A DNA stretch of 64,000 bases from Trichodelitschia bisporula (lineage: Eukaryota): positions 617,923-681,922 of the forward strand of contig ML996698.1 in the NCBI GenBank assembly GCA_010356995.1. Direction: 5' to 3'. A program made the translations under genes and the position numbers. Positions 26,101 to 38,340 of this stretch are shown one piece after another (the first letter of the stretch is position 1; the number at the start of each line of letters is the position of its first letter). The notes beneath the pieces are model-generated. The model saw only the letters and a list, made by a program, of their open reading frames with translations, was not told the DNA's origin and made no database searches.

Positions 26101-27147
26101 CGACAACCACCCACGAATTCCCCTCTTCACTCCCTTTGGACTTCGGCAACTCCCCCCCAACCCTCATCGATAACAAACGGCACAGGTGTAAGCTCTCCTA
26201 ATTTTACCCTTCAGTCCGCCTATATCTCGCCTCCTACTGCGCTTCTCGCCTTTACTGCACTTGTCTTTGGCCTCGTTCTGTGCAGTTGCATCCACTCTCT
26301 CGTGCACTCACCTAGAGAGTTATCTTTTGGCTCAACTGCGCCTGGAAACTACCCCCTACAAACTTCACTCGATTCTTTTCTACTTTTAGCGGATCCCCAT
26401 CTTTCATCGCCGACTCTTGTCTCCTCTTTTACTCGACTTTTTGTCCATCGCCTGCGCCGGTCGCCTTCAACTGCTGCAGTGCACTCGGTTTTCATCCCTT
26501 GGTGTTTCCACTTGTTGCAACTCTCACAAACCTAAAAAGGACGCCCACCCCTTCCCGTAAACCACCCTCGCCTTCTCTCCCCCCCGTATCCCCCAGGGAA
26601 GGCTAGTAAGGCGTACTCTGATAGAGAGTCCACCCCCCTCCCTTCTTCTTCGAAATCTCCAAGCTTCGTCGACCCTACGAGTACGGTTGTCCGCTTCCGA
26701 CCCGCCGTCTAATCCTTCCCACCTCTCTACCATCCACCCCTCTCGTCCTGCCTCCGCCGCCGCCGCCGCCGCCCCCAGATTCCTTCCCGTTGCTCGCCCG
26801 CGCGCATCGCCTTCGCCTTCCATTCTCTTCGCTCCTTTTCGACCGCCTTCTTCGCGCCCTCCTTCCCACCGCCGTCTAGTTCTAATCTCAACGGTTTGTT
26901 TGCGCTTCCGCTGTCGCGAAAACATTATTGAGTTTGTCGCAGTCAGTCTCGTCTTATCCGTCTTACGTCGCGATTATTCGCCACATTACACGCTTGTGTC
27001 GCAATAATCCCAACCCATCGTGACCTTGTCGCATTGTCGCCACTCAGTCGCGCGCAAACCGCCAACACCCTCAGATGATCGCTGAGACTTTCGCCACATC
27101 GCGCGCCCTGCAGCAGCAGCTTATCGGCTCCATCCTCGCGCCGTGCG

Positions 27148-29397
27148 ATGCAGTCAATATTCCGTCTGCCATGGAGTTCTGAGGATAAGGCTACCGTCCT
27201 CGAAAAGTTCGCTCTCCAAAAACCAGCGCGCTCGACACCCGTACTCGATGTACCCATCATCAGTGGCGGGAAACGCAAACGCCCTGATTCTGAACCTGAT
27301 GCACCAGAGACTACGCAGAAGAGGTCGAAAGTTCCAAATGGTGGCGCGGTGCAACCTGCGCTGGAGCCTACATCGGGTTCGGACGCGCGCGCGCCCACCA
27401 TTATGCCTGCGCATACAGCTTCGGATACCGCACTCGAGCGAGCCATCGATGCGCGAACACGTCAAGCTTCCGGCGATATGAGCGCGACGGCGCCTGGAGT
27501 TTCGCACGCGTCGTCGCAACACTCCTCACGCGCAACAGAGGTCGCGCAACTAGGCGGTATTGCTCAGACATCTTTCATGTCTCCTCATATCGCGCCGCAC
27601 ATTGCTCCTACTATTGTTCATTTGCGCATGATCGACGCGACCGTCACTGACTCAAGAAGTCCAAAGTCAGCAATGTCTTCTCAGAAGTCGGACGTACTGC
27701 GCTCCGTCATCGGCGCGCAGTTCGACCTCGAGATCCGTCTCAAACACGACGAGCTCCGCCTCATCGAGCTCGAAATCGCTAAATGTCAGATCGGCTTGGA
27801 GCAGCTCCGTCGTTGCGAGCTCATACCCCATCCTGCGACGGGCCCTCCTTCAGTGGACGTGTCGCAAGGCGCCGGACACGCGCTCTTGTCGCCGCAAGGG
27901 TACACGCAACCCGCGCAACCGGCACCCTGGGGCGTATCTGATGGACCCTATACGCGCCACTATGCGCAGTGGCTACTTTCGGATCCGTTATTTGATGCGC
28001 AACCAGTCGCTCCGGCGCATGCGGCACCCTCTACTCCCGCGACTGGCTACACGCGCGCGGGTCGGCCGACGCGCGGCTCCACTACGGACTATGCATTTCC
28101 AACTACCGGACCTCCTGCTCCTCGTACGTCGCGTTCTAGCACAGGATCTCGGGGTCAACCTCATTCCGCGGTTGAGCATAACTTCGGGTCTGGATCCGCC
28201 GGCGCGCATCAAGGTGCTCCGAATGCCGCTGTACGCGATCCAATGATAGTGAAGCGTCAGCTGGACGGCAAGTGGGTGCGTTTAATATGCAATGAGTGCC
28301 ATCGGTCAAATTTCAACAACGTGCAAGGCTTTTTAAACCATTGCCGCATCGCCCACCATGTGGAGTATAAGAGCCATGAGGCAGCAGCCATCGCATGTGG
28401 ACATACAGTCGAGGATTACGATGGGGGAGAGACTGCGGTGCCTGCAGTCCCTGAGCGTATCGCACTGCACACGCCGCGCGAAGCAGAAATGCTCACACGC
28501 TCGTCTTACTCCGTTCCGCCGACTCCATCAGAGGGTCCGTTGATCCATCCGCTGGTCCTCCAGGCTCCTGCAGTACAGGATCCTGCTGAGGCGGCCTCGA
28601 GGGTCATACCTCGTCCATACAATCCCTCGGCGTCACGTCCTGGCCATCGGCGTGCCAACACGACCGTCATATCTACAGGGAAATTGCCCCACCTCGCATC
28701 GCTCCTCCAGCGTCGTGGTGGTGTGCCAGGTGATCTGGAAAGCTTGATCCGCGAGAATTCGCAAAAGGTCGATCTATCCGTGTACAATGACAGTGAAGAT
28801 GAAGATGAAATCCCTAAGGAACGTGGCGCAAAACGTGCGAAAACGAAGAAAGCTGCGGGCCCGAGTAAGAGTCGAGCTTCAGCCTCCAGAGCCGGTACTA
28901 GGCAACACCTACCGACCCCTCTTAGGACACCAACGGATGTCGATGGCTCGATGACAATGGACGTCGATGGTCCGGGGTTTCAGTCGCAGCTGCGTGATGC
29001 GTTTCGCTTTAACCGGACGAACCCTCCACCGCTTAGCGTTGTGCCACCTCTCACATCCGCTCGGATGGCGCCTCGCGTTGCCAACCCGTCCACGTCAATA
29101 ACCGGTGCGGAAATCGATGACCGGGATATGGATCTGTCGCCTCACACAGTTGCGGATTCAAACCCTGGTCTCGTTTCCGACCACGATGACGACGATGATG
29201 ACGAGGTCGATGTTGTTGATGCTCCCGAGCCTGCGGCTGAAAGGCACGGGTCCGCGAGGCATGGACATGGTGGCTGTTCAGTTGACGGCATTGCCGTCGA
29301 GATTGAGGATGGCAGTGATGTTGAGAGGAACGTTCCTGGCGTGGGACGCGCTGAGGGGTTCTGTGGTCGAAGGACAGGAGGCTGCGACAGAGAATGA
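27148..29397 (+). CDS. AHC1: ADA histone acetyltransferase complex component Ahc1-like, with C2H2-like zinc finger
   Basis: QFDLEIRLKHDELRLIELEIAKCQIGLEQLRRC, DGPYTRHYAQWL, CNECHRSNFNNVQGFLNHCRIAH; 749-aa single ORF. Confidence 0.8.
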   Translation: MQSIFRLPWSSEDKATVLEKFALQKPARSTPVLDVPIISGGKRKRPDSEPDAPETTQKRSKVPNGGAVQPALEPTSGSDARAPTIMPAHTASDTALERAIDARTRQASGDMSATAPGVSHASSQHSSRATEVAQLGGIAQTSFMSPHIAPHIAPTIVHLRMIDATVTDSRSPKSAMSSQKSDVLRSVIGAQFDLEIRLKHDELRLIELEIAKCQIGLEQLRRCELIPHPATGPPSVDVSQGAGHALLSPQGYTQPAQPAPWGVSDGPYTRHYAQWLLSDPLFDAQPVAPAHAAPSTPATGYTRAGRPTRGSTTDYAFPTTGPPAPRTSRSSTGSRGQPHSAVEHNFGSGSAGAHQGAPNAAVRDPMIVKRQLDGKWVRLICNECHRSNFNNVQGFLNHCRIAHHVEYKSHEAAAIACGHTVEDYDGGETAVPAVPERIALHTPREAEMLTRSSYSVPPTPSEGPLIHPLVLQAPAVQDPAEAASRVIPRPYNPSASRPGHRRANTTVISTGKLPHLASLLQRRGGVPGDLESLIRENSQKVDLSVYNDSEDEDEIPKERGAKRAKTKKAAGPSKSRASASRAGTRQHLPTPLRTPTDVDGSMTMDVDGPGFQSQLRDAFRFNRTNPPPLSVVPPLTSARMAPRVANPSTSITGAEIDDRDMDLSPHTVADSNPGLVSDHDDDDDDEVDVVDAPEPAAERHGSARHGHGGCSVDGIAVEIEDGSDVERNVPGVGRAEGFCGRRTGGCDRE

Positions 29398-30364
29398 AGA
29401 ATTGATGATGCGGAGCTCTTCTCCCGGGGCTTTTGGAGAGTTGAGCGATCGGAATTGCCCCCATTTTTATGTGCGAGTACGTTGTGGATTGTGGGTTTGC
29501 CAGCCCTCTTCATGTTCCGTCCTGTTTGCTCTGTAGGAATTGTCGAGTGTGGTGGTACTTTACGTCGCTTTGTCCATTCTTCGTCTCATGCGGGAAAAGT
29601 CTGGTGTGCCACTGTTGTCCTTGGATTTTTTGCATTGCTTTTCGCTTGCCGCGCCGTTCCGTTTTGCGTCCCACTTGCGACTCTTTCGTTGCTTTGCCAC
29701 TTATGAGGAGAGGATGTGAAAGCGTACAAAAAACACTTGTAATACAGCGCGGGAATGGTTGGATCCGGTCGGACGGGTGGGTGGGCCTGGGAAGGGAAAG
29801 GGAAAGGGGACCTTTGATATTTTGGGTTAGACTGGCTTTCCGTCTCTCTTCACCACTGTTGTTTCCACCTTTTACATGTTTTACCTTGGCCGCTGTCGCA
29901 GCTTGTTAGGTCATCTTCGCTCACGTCTCGCGGGGGATCTCGCTAGACTTTGGATATCGACGTTAGGGAAAGCCGATGTGGGTGACTGTTCAGGCCCGCT
30001 TGGATACTTAAGGTTAGGGGGGGTTGATCTCGAGTGAGCAACGGCTCATCAGAAGATTTAGAGGCTGTTCTTGAGCTTGTATATCTACTATAGATGGGGA
30101 CGCTCTCTGTGGAAGAATTTAAACGATTACTGGAAGCCAACCGCGTGCGAAGTATTCCCAATACCAGCGTCGACTGCCCATGGGCTCTTGCCAAACATCA
30201 GTCATGTCAGAAAGCCTGTTGACCAAATATTACTCAGGCTTCAAAGTTAGGATCGCTACAACTATGGCACACAGGCCCCAGAACGCCGCGCTAATGATCA
30301 TCCACCCATCGGCCTTTTAAACCTCATGAAAGGCCCGCAATTCACACAAGGCGCAGTCAGGCAT

Positions 30365-30741
30365 TTACCGCCCCATAAACAGCGACCCCTTGACGAAATT
30401 AGATACCTGGCACCAGAGATCAGACGAGGGCACTTACCGCCATGAAGATGCAGCACAGACTAACATATGGGCTTAACCGCTCGCCAATGCGCGCGCATTT
30501 CCAGAATATGCCGAGAAGGCTTCTCACTTGTCAGCACACTCTTTCCTTCCCTGTCCGGCAAAACAGTCTGGCAAACACCTACCCATCCTTGTTTCGGTCC
30601 ATGATACCCGGCGTTATGGAGTGCGCATACGTCGACGTGCATATGGTAAGGAGGATGACGAGCAGGAGTGACTGGAAGTTGAAGAGTGCGGTCTGGTGAC
30701 ATTAGATACGGCTGGATGGGGGGGTTGGGCCGACATACCAT
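30365..30741 (-). CDS. KSH1: Protein Kish (TMEM167/Ksh1), 72 aa, 4 exons; not in ORF track
   Basis: Exons 30741-30739 (ATG only), 30692-30583, 30519-30438 and 30388-30365 give [72 protein letters not shown]. All introns are GT-AG. Confidence 0.92.
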
Positions 30742-31145
30742 CTTGAAAACGGGTCTGATCTGAGAAGGGAATAGATTATAGGCGACTCGTGAATTCGTGG
30801 TGTTCGTCGTGATCGTTGCGCCGGAATATCGTCCGTCTTGCGCCTGCCTCTTGGGGACATGTGTTTCCCCGGCGATTCATCGGGCCGGGTGACCGGGGTG
30901 TCGCGACCTCTGGCTAGAACTAATCGATAAGGGAGCTTGGCCCGGCGCGAAACCGTCACCAAAACCGCAGTCGAAGACCGCGCACTCGACATCATCCCCC
31001 CTCCATCACTACCTTTACACCACTACATTCGTTATCAACGATTGCAAACTTGACACCTCCCCATCCAAATCACAACCTCTTCATCACCGCCACTGCGCAT
31101 TGGAAGCGTCCTTCCATATTCAACTACACAAATCGCGGCGCCAAA

Positions 31146-31654
31146 ATGTTGACCCGCATCGACCGCAGCGGCAAGCGCAAGCCGCCCACCTTCCCCTACG
31201 AGGACCTTGAAGCCATGCTCAAGGCCTTCGGCGACGACATCAAGCCGCTCGCAGAAACAGTCCGAACGCTGGACGACATCGTCTCCGAGTAAGCCCTCCC
31301 CAGATCCCTTCCCTCTCCCACCGCCAGCCCTGCTAACCCCTCAGGTTCATCATCGAGACCTCCGCCGAAGCCGAGCTGCGCGCGCGTTACGCCGGCCGTG
31401 CCAAAACCAAGGTGGAAGACTTCCAGTTTGCCTTGCGCAAGGACCCGAAGAAGCTGGGCCGCATGACGGAATTGCTCTCCATGGATCGCACGCTCAAGAT
31501 GAAGCGCAAGGCTTTCCAGATCGATGAGACGGCGATTGGGAAGGGGGAGATGACGACGGCGAAGAGAAAGCGGGCGAAGAAGGGGGAGGAGGAGGAGGAG
31601 GAGGAAGAAGGGCCTGTACGGAGGAGTGTAGAGGATGTTGGCTTTGAGGACTAA
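31146..31654 (+). CDS. TAF13: TFIID subunit 13 (TFIID-18 kDa histone fold), 2 exons
   Basis: LEAMLKAFGDD..PLAETVRTLDDIV joined over a GTAAGC...GCTAAC...CAG intron to FIIET...KVEDFQFALRKDPKKLGRMTELL. Confidence 0.85.
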
Positions 31655-32253
31655 AGGCCGGATGGTTGGGCACTTATGGCAACCACAGGCGTTCTTGGTT
31701 TGAGATGGGATAGATTGAGTCTTCGGCTCCATACAGGCGTTAGATTGTTATGATACCCCCGAGACTGCGAGTTTGTTCGCAAGTCCTAGCATTTACAAGT
31801 AGGCTGCTGCATTGCCAACATTTCAGAATCCTCACTTCATGACATCATCGGCAGAATGTTTAATCAGACTTTGGCAGTCCACAGTGGAATAGCCAAAGTT
31901 ACCTTTGTTCATATTTTCCTTGCTTCACCTTCGCCATATCATTTTTGGCCCCGCAGAGATTCCACTTTCCTGAGACATCATATGCGCCTCCCGGTGCTCG
32001 CCAACAGTCCATCATGGTAACCGGTAATCCCATGGCTGAGAACGCCCAATATGCCGCCCTACCAATGCTCAGAATGCGGACTATGCAACTCGAGGCTAAC
32101 CATCGGAACGCCAATGCCCACAACCCCCCCCGCGGTCAGAAACCTGCCCTCATTGATATAGGCATTCGCAAACGTTTGGAGACCTACCACTTATTCAAAG
32201 TTAAGTGTTCCGCACATGCACTGGCTGCAGCTCAAGCGTATGATGATCCAAAA

Positions 32254-34321
32254 TCACGAACAAGTCTGTACGCTGCCTTCATCTGAACAATATCAGCATA
32301 CGTGTCAGTACATGCCGCAAGCTACCTACTTCTGATAATTTTTGTGACCGCCAGGATCAAACTTATTCCCATGACTATTGTGCCAAAAACAACACAGCCA
32401 ATGGCGACGCCGGTACGCCAGCTTCTTGTGCTAAGCTTGATGTAGCAAAGAGGGGGCAGAATGTACGCCAATGCACAGGCACTGGTAGCTCCAATGAGCT
32501 CAAAAACGGCGCCGAGGTCGCAAGTCAGGAGTGAAAGAGTCATGGCAGATACCACTAAGGAAGTGCTGAAGATGAGGTGACGGTTGGGGTTGAATGGCTC
32601 ACCGGGGAAGTAATACGTTTCCATCACTTCCCGGCACACAAAGGCTTCTAACGGAAGGGTCGTGAGCATGTTCAGGCCAAAACAGCTACGAGACGGTCAG
32701 TTATGGCTGATTGCAACATTAACTCATATTCACTCACAATCTGGCGACATTAACCATGATGTTGTCGCTAGGGAAATTATTGAGGACATTTCCCTGCGTC
32801 AAATCACCAAATGTCAAGAAGCCGGCCGTAGCCATGACCAAGCAAGCAACCATGGAGATGCCTGTGGAGTAGTGGGTGACTTTGGCGAACCGGTCGAGGG
32901 TCGGCTTTCTCAGCGACCCATAGATAAGGAGGCTGTTATGGTCTGAAATTCAGTTCAGCACGTATTCCCCAATTAGTCAAGGGTACGTACGACAGACAAA
33001 AGCTAGCCCATGGTCAGTCTGATGCGTCAAATCATCGCAAGGGACTCACCAAATGAAATGACGCCGATCGCTTCAAACACGCCGCTGTTGATGATTAACG
33101 AGCCTCTTAAGCTCCCGCGAAGTTCAGGAGGAACATTGAACCCCTGAGTGATGACAGTGATTACGATTATGAACATGCTAATAAGCGCTAGTGTGCTCGC
33201 TTTCGCAAGCTGATATGAGTTAGCCAATTGGGAGCGTAGGGAGTAGGCGTTCTGGAAGGGCACAACGACAGACCTTGGCGATGTCACGATAGAGGGACAG
33301 CGGGTAGGAAATTGCCAGAACAAACAGAACGATGACAGCTCGTCTGTCAGTCAAGAGCCACAGGAAAGGAGTCGAAGGCAACGAAGGGAACAGGGCCGCT
33401 ATAACGTGGGGTATCGAGTCGCCAACGATGATACAGAACGCCACCATACCACCAAATGCACTGCCATAAGTCAGTCAAGACCTGTTCTGCAAGAGATGCC
33501 ATATAATTGGTCCCTCGAGCAAGAAGGGTGCATACAATGCCCACTGAGCGACCGAAATCGCAATGAGCCCAGGCCTCCCGAAGCAGTGCTGTACGGTTCC
33601 CTGAAAAGAATTGGCGCCGCTGAGTTTCGAATTCACCACGATGAGCTGTATTGTCCAATCCACGGCGACCGTAAGAGTTATGAGTAAAATGGCACCTGTA
33701 ACGAGGCCGGCTTGACGAAAAGCATATGGCTGGCCGATGATACCCGCGCCGCTACACTGCGTGAGCAAAGTACCAATGGGAAGATTAGCTGTTCTAGGAC
33801 GATGCTTCTTACATGATGCTGTTTGCCATGTTCATGAAGGCGCTCCGCATACCACTTTTGGGTCTAGAACTCTCAAGCAAATCCTCGGCGCTGAAGCCAA
33901 TGTCCGCGCTTGCGACAGAGATTATTGGTGCCTCGATGTCGGTCAAGAGCGGAAGTCGTTGGACCTCGTGGATGTTCCTTGTGTTATCGGCATTGCTAGC
34001 CATGTAGTCCTCCTCATCGACCCATGCCGACGGGGTATGGGCATCGAGCCCAGCCGCCTCAGCTGACGCCGCAGAGTCGTCAACGTTGAATCGGACTCTG
34101 TTTGGGGTTCGTGGAGTGCCTCCGGGGCGAGGCTGAGCAAGGGACGACTGGCGACGAGAGGAAGAATTTGGAGAGAAGCTAGGAGATGCCGTAGGTGACG
34201 GTGCCGGGATATCTACACGGACGATGTCGCTGTCGTTGCTGCCGGAAAGTAGCGACTGTGCCTCTTCGTCATCGGAGCCATGCTGTTCGTTGCGAGCAGT
34301 CCGTATGCTTTCTTTGGCCAT
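32254..34321 (-). CDS. AVT2: Vacuolar amino acid transporter (AAAP/SLC38 family, Avt2-like), many exons
   Basis: SAFMNMANSIIGAGIIGQPYA, GGMVAFCIIVGD, YPLSLYRDIAKL, ISFAFVCHHNSLLIY, TTLPLEAFVCREV; acidic dileucine EEAQSLL. Last exon ends EGSVQTCS*. Confidence 0.88.
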
Positions 34322-36092
34322 AGCATTCTCGTTCGGTGCCCGTGGCGGATCGCGCCGTCGTGCATAGACTATTTCCCGTAGGGGGGGAGAAAGGAAGTTG
34401 TCTGATGTCGTGTGCCGCTTTCGTCGTTGTTCGTTGGTGGTTGGCCAGGAGTTGTCTGGTGTCATTTGTGAGCGGCAGCCTGAGCAGGGCCCCTGTCACC
34501 TTGCGCTCTTCTCGGGTGGGGGCTTGGTAGGGGGCCGTGGAGGCTTTTGTTCCCAGGGCGGGCCAGGGCACTTCATAGTGGAAGGAAAAAATAGTCACAT
34601 AAGGCCCCTTCTACGGATGCATATTACAGAATGAAAGGTCCGCGAAGACCATTGGACCACAGCATGTGATAAGTAGATGTATAAACTCGGCCTGCGGATA
34701 CACCTGAATGTGAAAACCACCTAATAAACCTAATTGAACTTCTTTACGTCCCTGTGAGCTTATATAATTTCTTAAGCTTATTGTGTGTAGCACTTTTTTC
34801 TTCTGCAGCGTAGGCACGTTTCCTCGGTTACGACCCTGCAAGCCCGGGCGGGCGTGGGGGGGAGATGGGGAGGCGAGTGCGGCCTGTGCGCGAGCGATAT
34901 CATAGCGGGGTTGACCTCACATCACAATCGTTCACTACCGAAGCTCAAGTTTGTCTCAATGACCTCTCGCACATCCAGGGTCTCTGCCGTTCTACAAACC
35001 ACCTTTGTTCCTCATTGGCTTCCATGATATCTGAACTCCGTTGGCACCTGAACTCCATGATACTTGAACTCTATGGCAAACAGCTACGAGCAGCACGAGG
35101 ATAAGCTCTATCATGGCGATTCCGATATCTATACCATCATCTCTAGGCCAATGCTAATAGTGGTACCAGAATGAACTATGCGAGTATGCAACTGTGTAAC
35201 GACGTAGTCGCCTCTTAAATATCCAGGAGATCCAGCTATAGCTCCTAGCACAAACTGACAATACGGAAGGACCGACGGCCCGCAGCCAATGGTTCTGCAA
35301 CCTATGAGACCGCTGTTTGCCATATTATATATGGTGGCTCTGTTAGGTTTCTACCATTCCTTCTCCGTATCTCTTTTGTTCTGCTTAAGGTTCTGTGATC
35401 GACCTGGAGATTGCAACCGGAGAAGAGTCCTGCAATAGGGCGTAACCAAATCCAACCTTCTTGTAGAGGATACATGAAGATGCAGAATGCTCACTTTACC
35501 CTATCAGATCTCAAGCCATATCCTTCATATCAACTCTTATTCGGAACTGCAATTCCAATCGGTGCATCTCTTCTTATTCTTCAGTGATGTTTAAAGCGTG
35601 CCCTTCTCTCTTTCCCCTCCACCATGCAGGGACCAGGATCAAAGCAGTTTCCCTCTTCTTACACGAGCAAACTGAATTTGTTATAGAACATACGGGTGGA
35701 GGTTATTTCGTGAAAGAAGTAACGACCTGCCAGTTCCCCGCCGCCGAGTGCTTCAGATTTCTGCAAACTATCGGCTTTCTCAATTTGTTGCTCTCTCTCT
35801 CGGCGCTTACTACGTACAGAACCTCGACGAGAAAAAATAAACGCACTATCCTTGAGAGCCAAGGGGAAGGATGTTGATCGCGCCTTCCGTATGCTTCTTC
35901 TTTCCACCGCCTGGTCTTGGTTTCTGCTACCTTTCACTTGCTGAAGCCCCCCCCCCGTGCAGACTTTCTCCAACTCCAAATCTTCCCGATCACATCCTTT
36001 TCCTACCCTAGCTCCTCAGCCACCTCGTCCCTCAGGGTCCTTTGCTACTTTATCTCCCCATCCATCGCCGGCACAAGGTTTCGGTCAGCAAT

Positions 36093-37665
36093 ATGAACTA
36101 CTCGAACCGACTGCCTGCCGTCAGCCTCGTGATGCAGGACGGTAGATACTACGATGAGGAAGATGCGGCGCGCCGTCAGATGGAGGACCTTGGCATCAAG
36201 CGTCGAGCGGAGATCACGCAAGCGTCTTCGCTACGCGATCGGGTTTGGCAGCCCGGAAAAGAACTGGAGCTGCAGTCGTTGCGCGATCAAGCAGCTCTGG
36301 AGCGCGCGCGTGCCGCCGGCTGGGCCAGTATGTTCCCTAGAAGAAAGATATCATTCAAAAAACAAATAGCTAATCAATCTACTCCCAGACTTCGGACAGA
36401 CGGACCCTAATGTCGACCGGGAAGCTCATATGATGGGGGTCATCAACTCGGGACAGAGCCACCGTCTTAATCGGAGAGCTGCTGGCGCTCCTGCTAATAG
36501 CGATAATACCTCCACGATGGCGCAGTCGGTGCACGCTCGGAATGTTCCGAGCCGTGCGCCTCTGGGCAGGGGAGCCTTTCAAGCTTCTCTGCTACAGCGT
36601 CGTATGAGTGGCATGCGCCGGGAGCCCAACAGCCCCTTGCATGTGCCTTCTCGGACCCCGACTGCGCGTCGTGCGTCTTCGCCCCCTTTCCCGCAGTTGC
36701 GTCAGGCCATTTCGCAGAACGGCAAGTATCCAGCGACAAAGCCCGCTCCAAAAGCTGTCCCGCCGGTTCCTCGCAACGACGACTGGGAGAGCGACAATGA
36801 TGAGGATCTCGCCCGTCCCCCGCGTTTCAATCCCATCATCAAGTGGGATGATGACGACGTGTGCCGGGCCAAGGTCAAGATCGCCAAACCATCCGGCGTC
36901 CGTGCTGTTGTCCGCCCTCAAACCACCGGGTCCGAGAACAGAGCTCCGATGTCATCGGGCTCCGATCTCTTTGCGAAGCCCGTTGTAGCTCAGAAGCTGG
37001 CCGCAGCTCAGAAGCTGTTCGTAGCTCAGAAGCCGGTCGTAGCTCAGCAGTCTGCACAGATTCAGAAACCTGTCCATACCACAACCGATTTGCGTGACGA
37101 CCTCTTGGCGCAGATCTTGAACGACGATATGCGGCTTACTGGACACGTTGAACCCACCACGAAGACTGGCAGCAAAGAAATTGCTCAGAAAGTCGTGAAC
37201 TGTCATACCTCATCGAAGACTGGCAGCACGTCAGTAAGCACCGGCAAGCAGACTCAGAAGAATCGAGGCAAATCTCGCCGTGGTACCGGTTCTCTCCATG
37301 CTGGCGAGAATTTCTCGAGCGTTAGGAAGACTCGCGGCTCCGACAAGCCTTTCGACAACAGTGTTCCCGCCAACCCTCACCAGCCTTTCGAGAAAGTCAA
37401 GTCCCTCTCGCCTACCGGCTTCAATGAGGTGGCCAATCTTGGTCTTGACCTGCGCTTTGCTCACATTAAGTACGGCCCCCATACTGGAAAGAAATCGGAC
37501 AAGCTCGGTCAACAGCCTGCTGGCACGGTGTACTTGGGCAAAGTCAAGCATACTGCTCCGCGGCTCCTGAGAAAGTCGAGTTGGGAGTCAATCGGTGATG
37601 CCGCACCGTCGTCAGGAAAGCCTGCTCGAGCTCGGCCGCAGACACCTAGTGATGATGAGTTCTAG
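36093..37665 (+). CDS. Hypothetical basic low-complexity protein (~500 aa), 2 exons
   Basis: ATG 36093, then an intron GTATGT...GCTAAT...CAG (~36328-36389) that joins in frame to the 411-aa ORF; no recognisable domain. Confidence 0.65.
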
Positions 37666-38340
37666 GTGGCGGCCGGGACAGAGGTTCTGATCATGTCTTG
37701 CGGGCTTCTGGTATTAACGGTGTTCAATGGTGGGGCTATGTAATCGTGAGGAAAGTCCAGCCTCGTCGGGTGGGCTTATGATGAAGGCATGAGTTCGGGA
37801 TTTGCAACGAATTTCGAGCACATACTGCCCTTTAATCACGCATGTGGTGCAAATGAATCAGTGCTATGATGAGTCTGTAATAATTGTGATTGTGCCCTCG
37901 CTATGAGTGGGTTGATGACCGGCCGCCCTTTCCTGCTAAATAGCAAACAACAGCTACCCGTATGGCAAACCTGAATTGCCCATGGCCCCAAACTTGTAGA
38001 TGCGCAGTTGCTGATAGGCTAGTTCTAATACACTGATTCATCCTCGGCGAAACCTAATAGCACTGCGTACTGTGTACTGTGTACTGTAGTTCTGCGAGGA
38101 GCGAGTTGTACCTTAGTATGGTAGACAACAGTGACGGATGCCAAGCGCCATGTGAGTGAATTCAGTAGATCAGCCCGCCACGGAGCCTCCAGCCTGCCTT
38201 GCACGTCGCAAAGTTCTTGTTGATTTTGTGTCCGCACCACATCCGTCAATCGACACCCTTTCCAGCACCCATAGCCTCAGGATTCGGCAAACTGCAGCAC
38301 ACCAGAGCTCAACCTATCGTAAGGAGTTTGTACGGCCTCC

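Noticed and set aside
37748..37780. GAGGAAAGTCC...GGGCTTATG resembling RNase P/MRP P4 strands
   Set aside because: The two halves are only about 15 nt apart, too close to hold an RNase P/MRP core, and lie just 3' of a coding gene.
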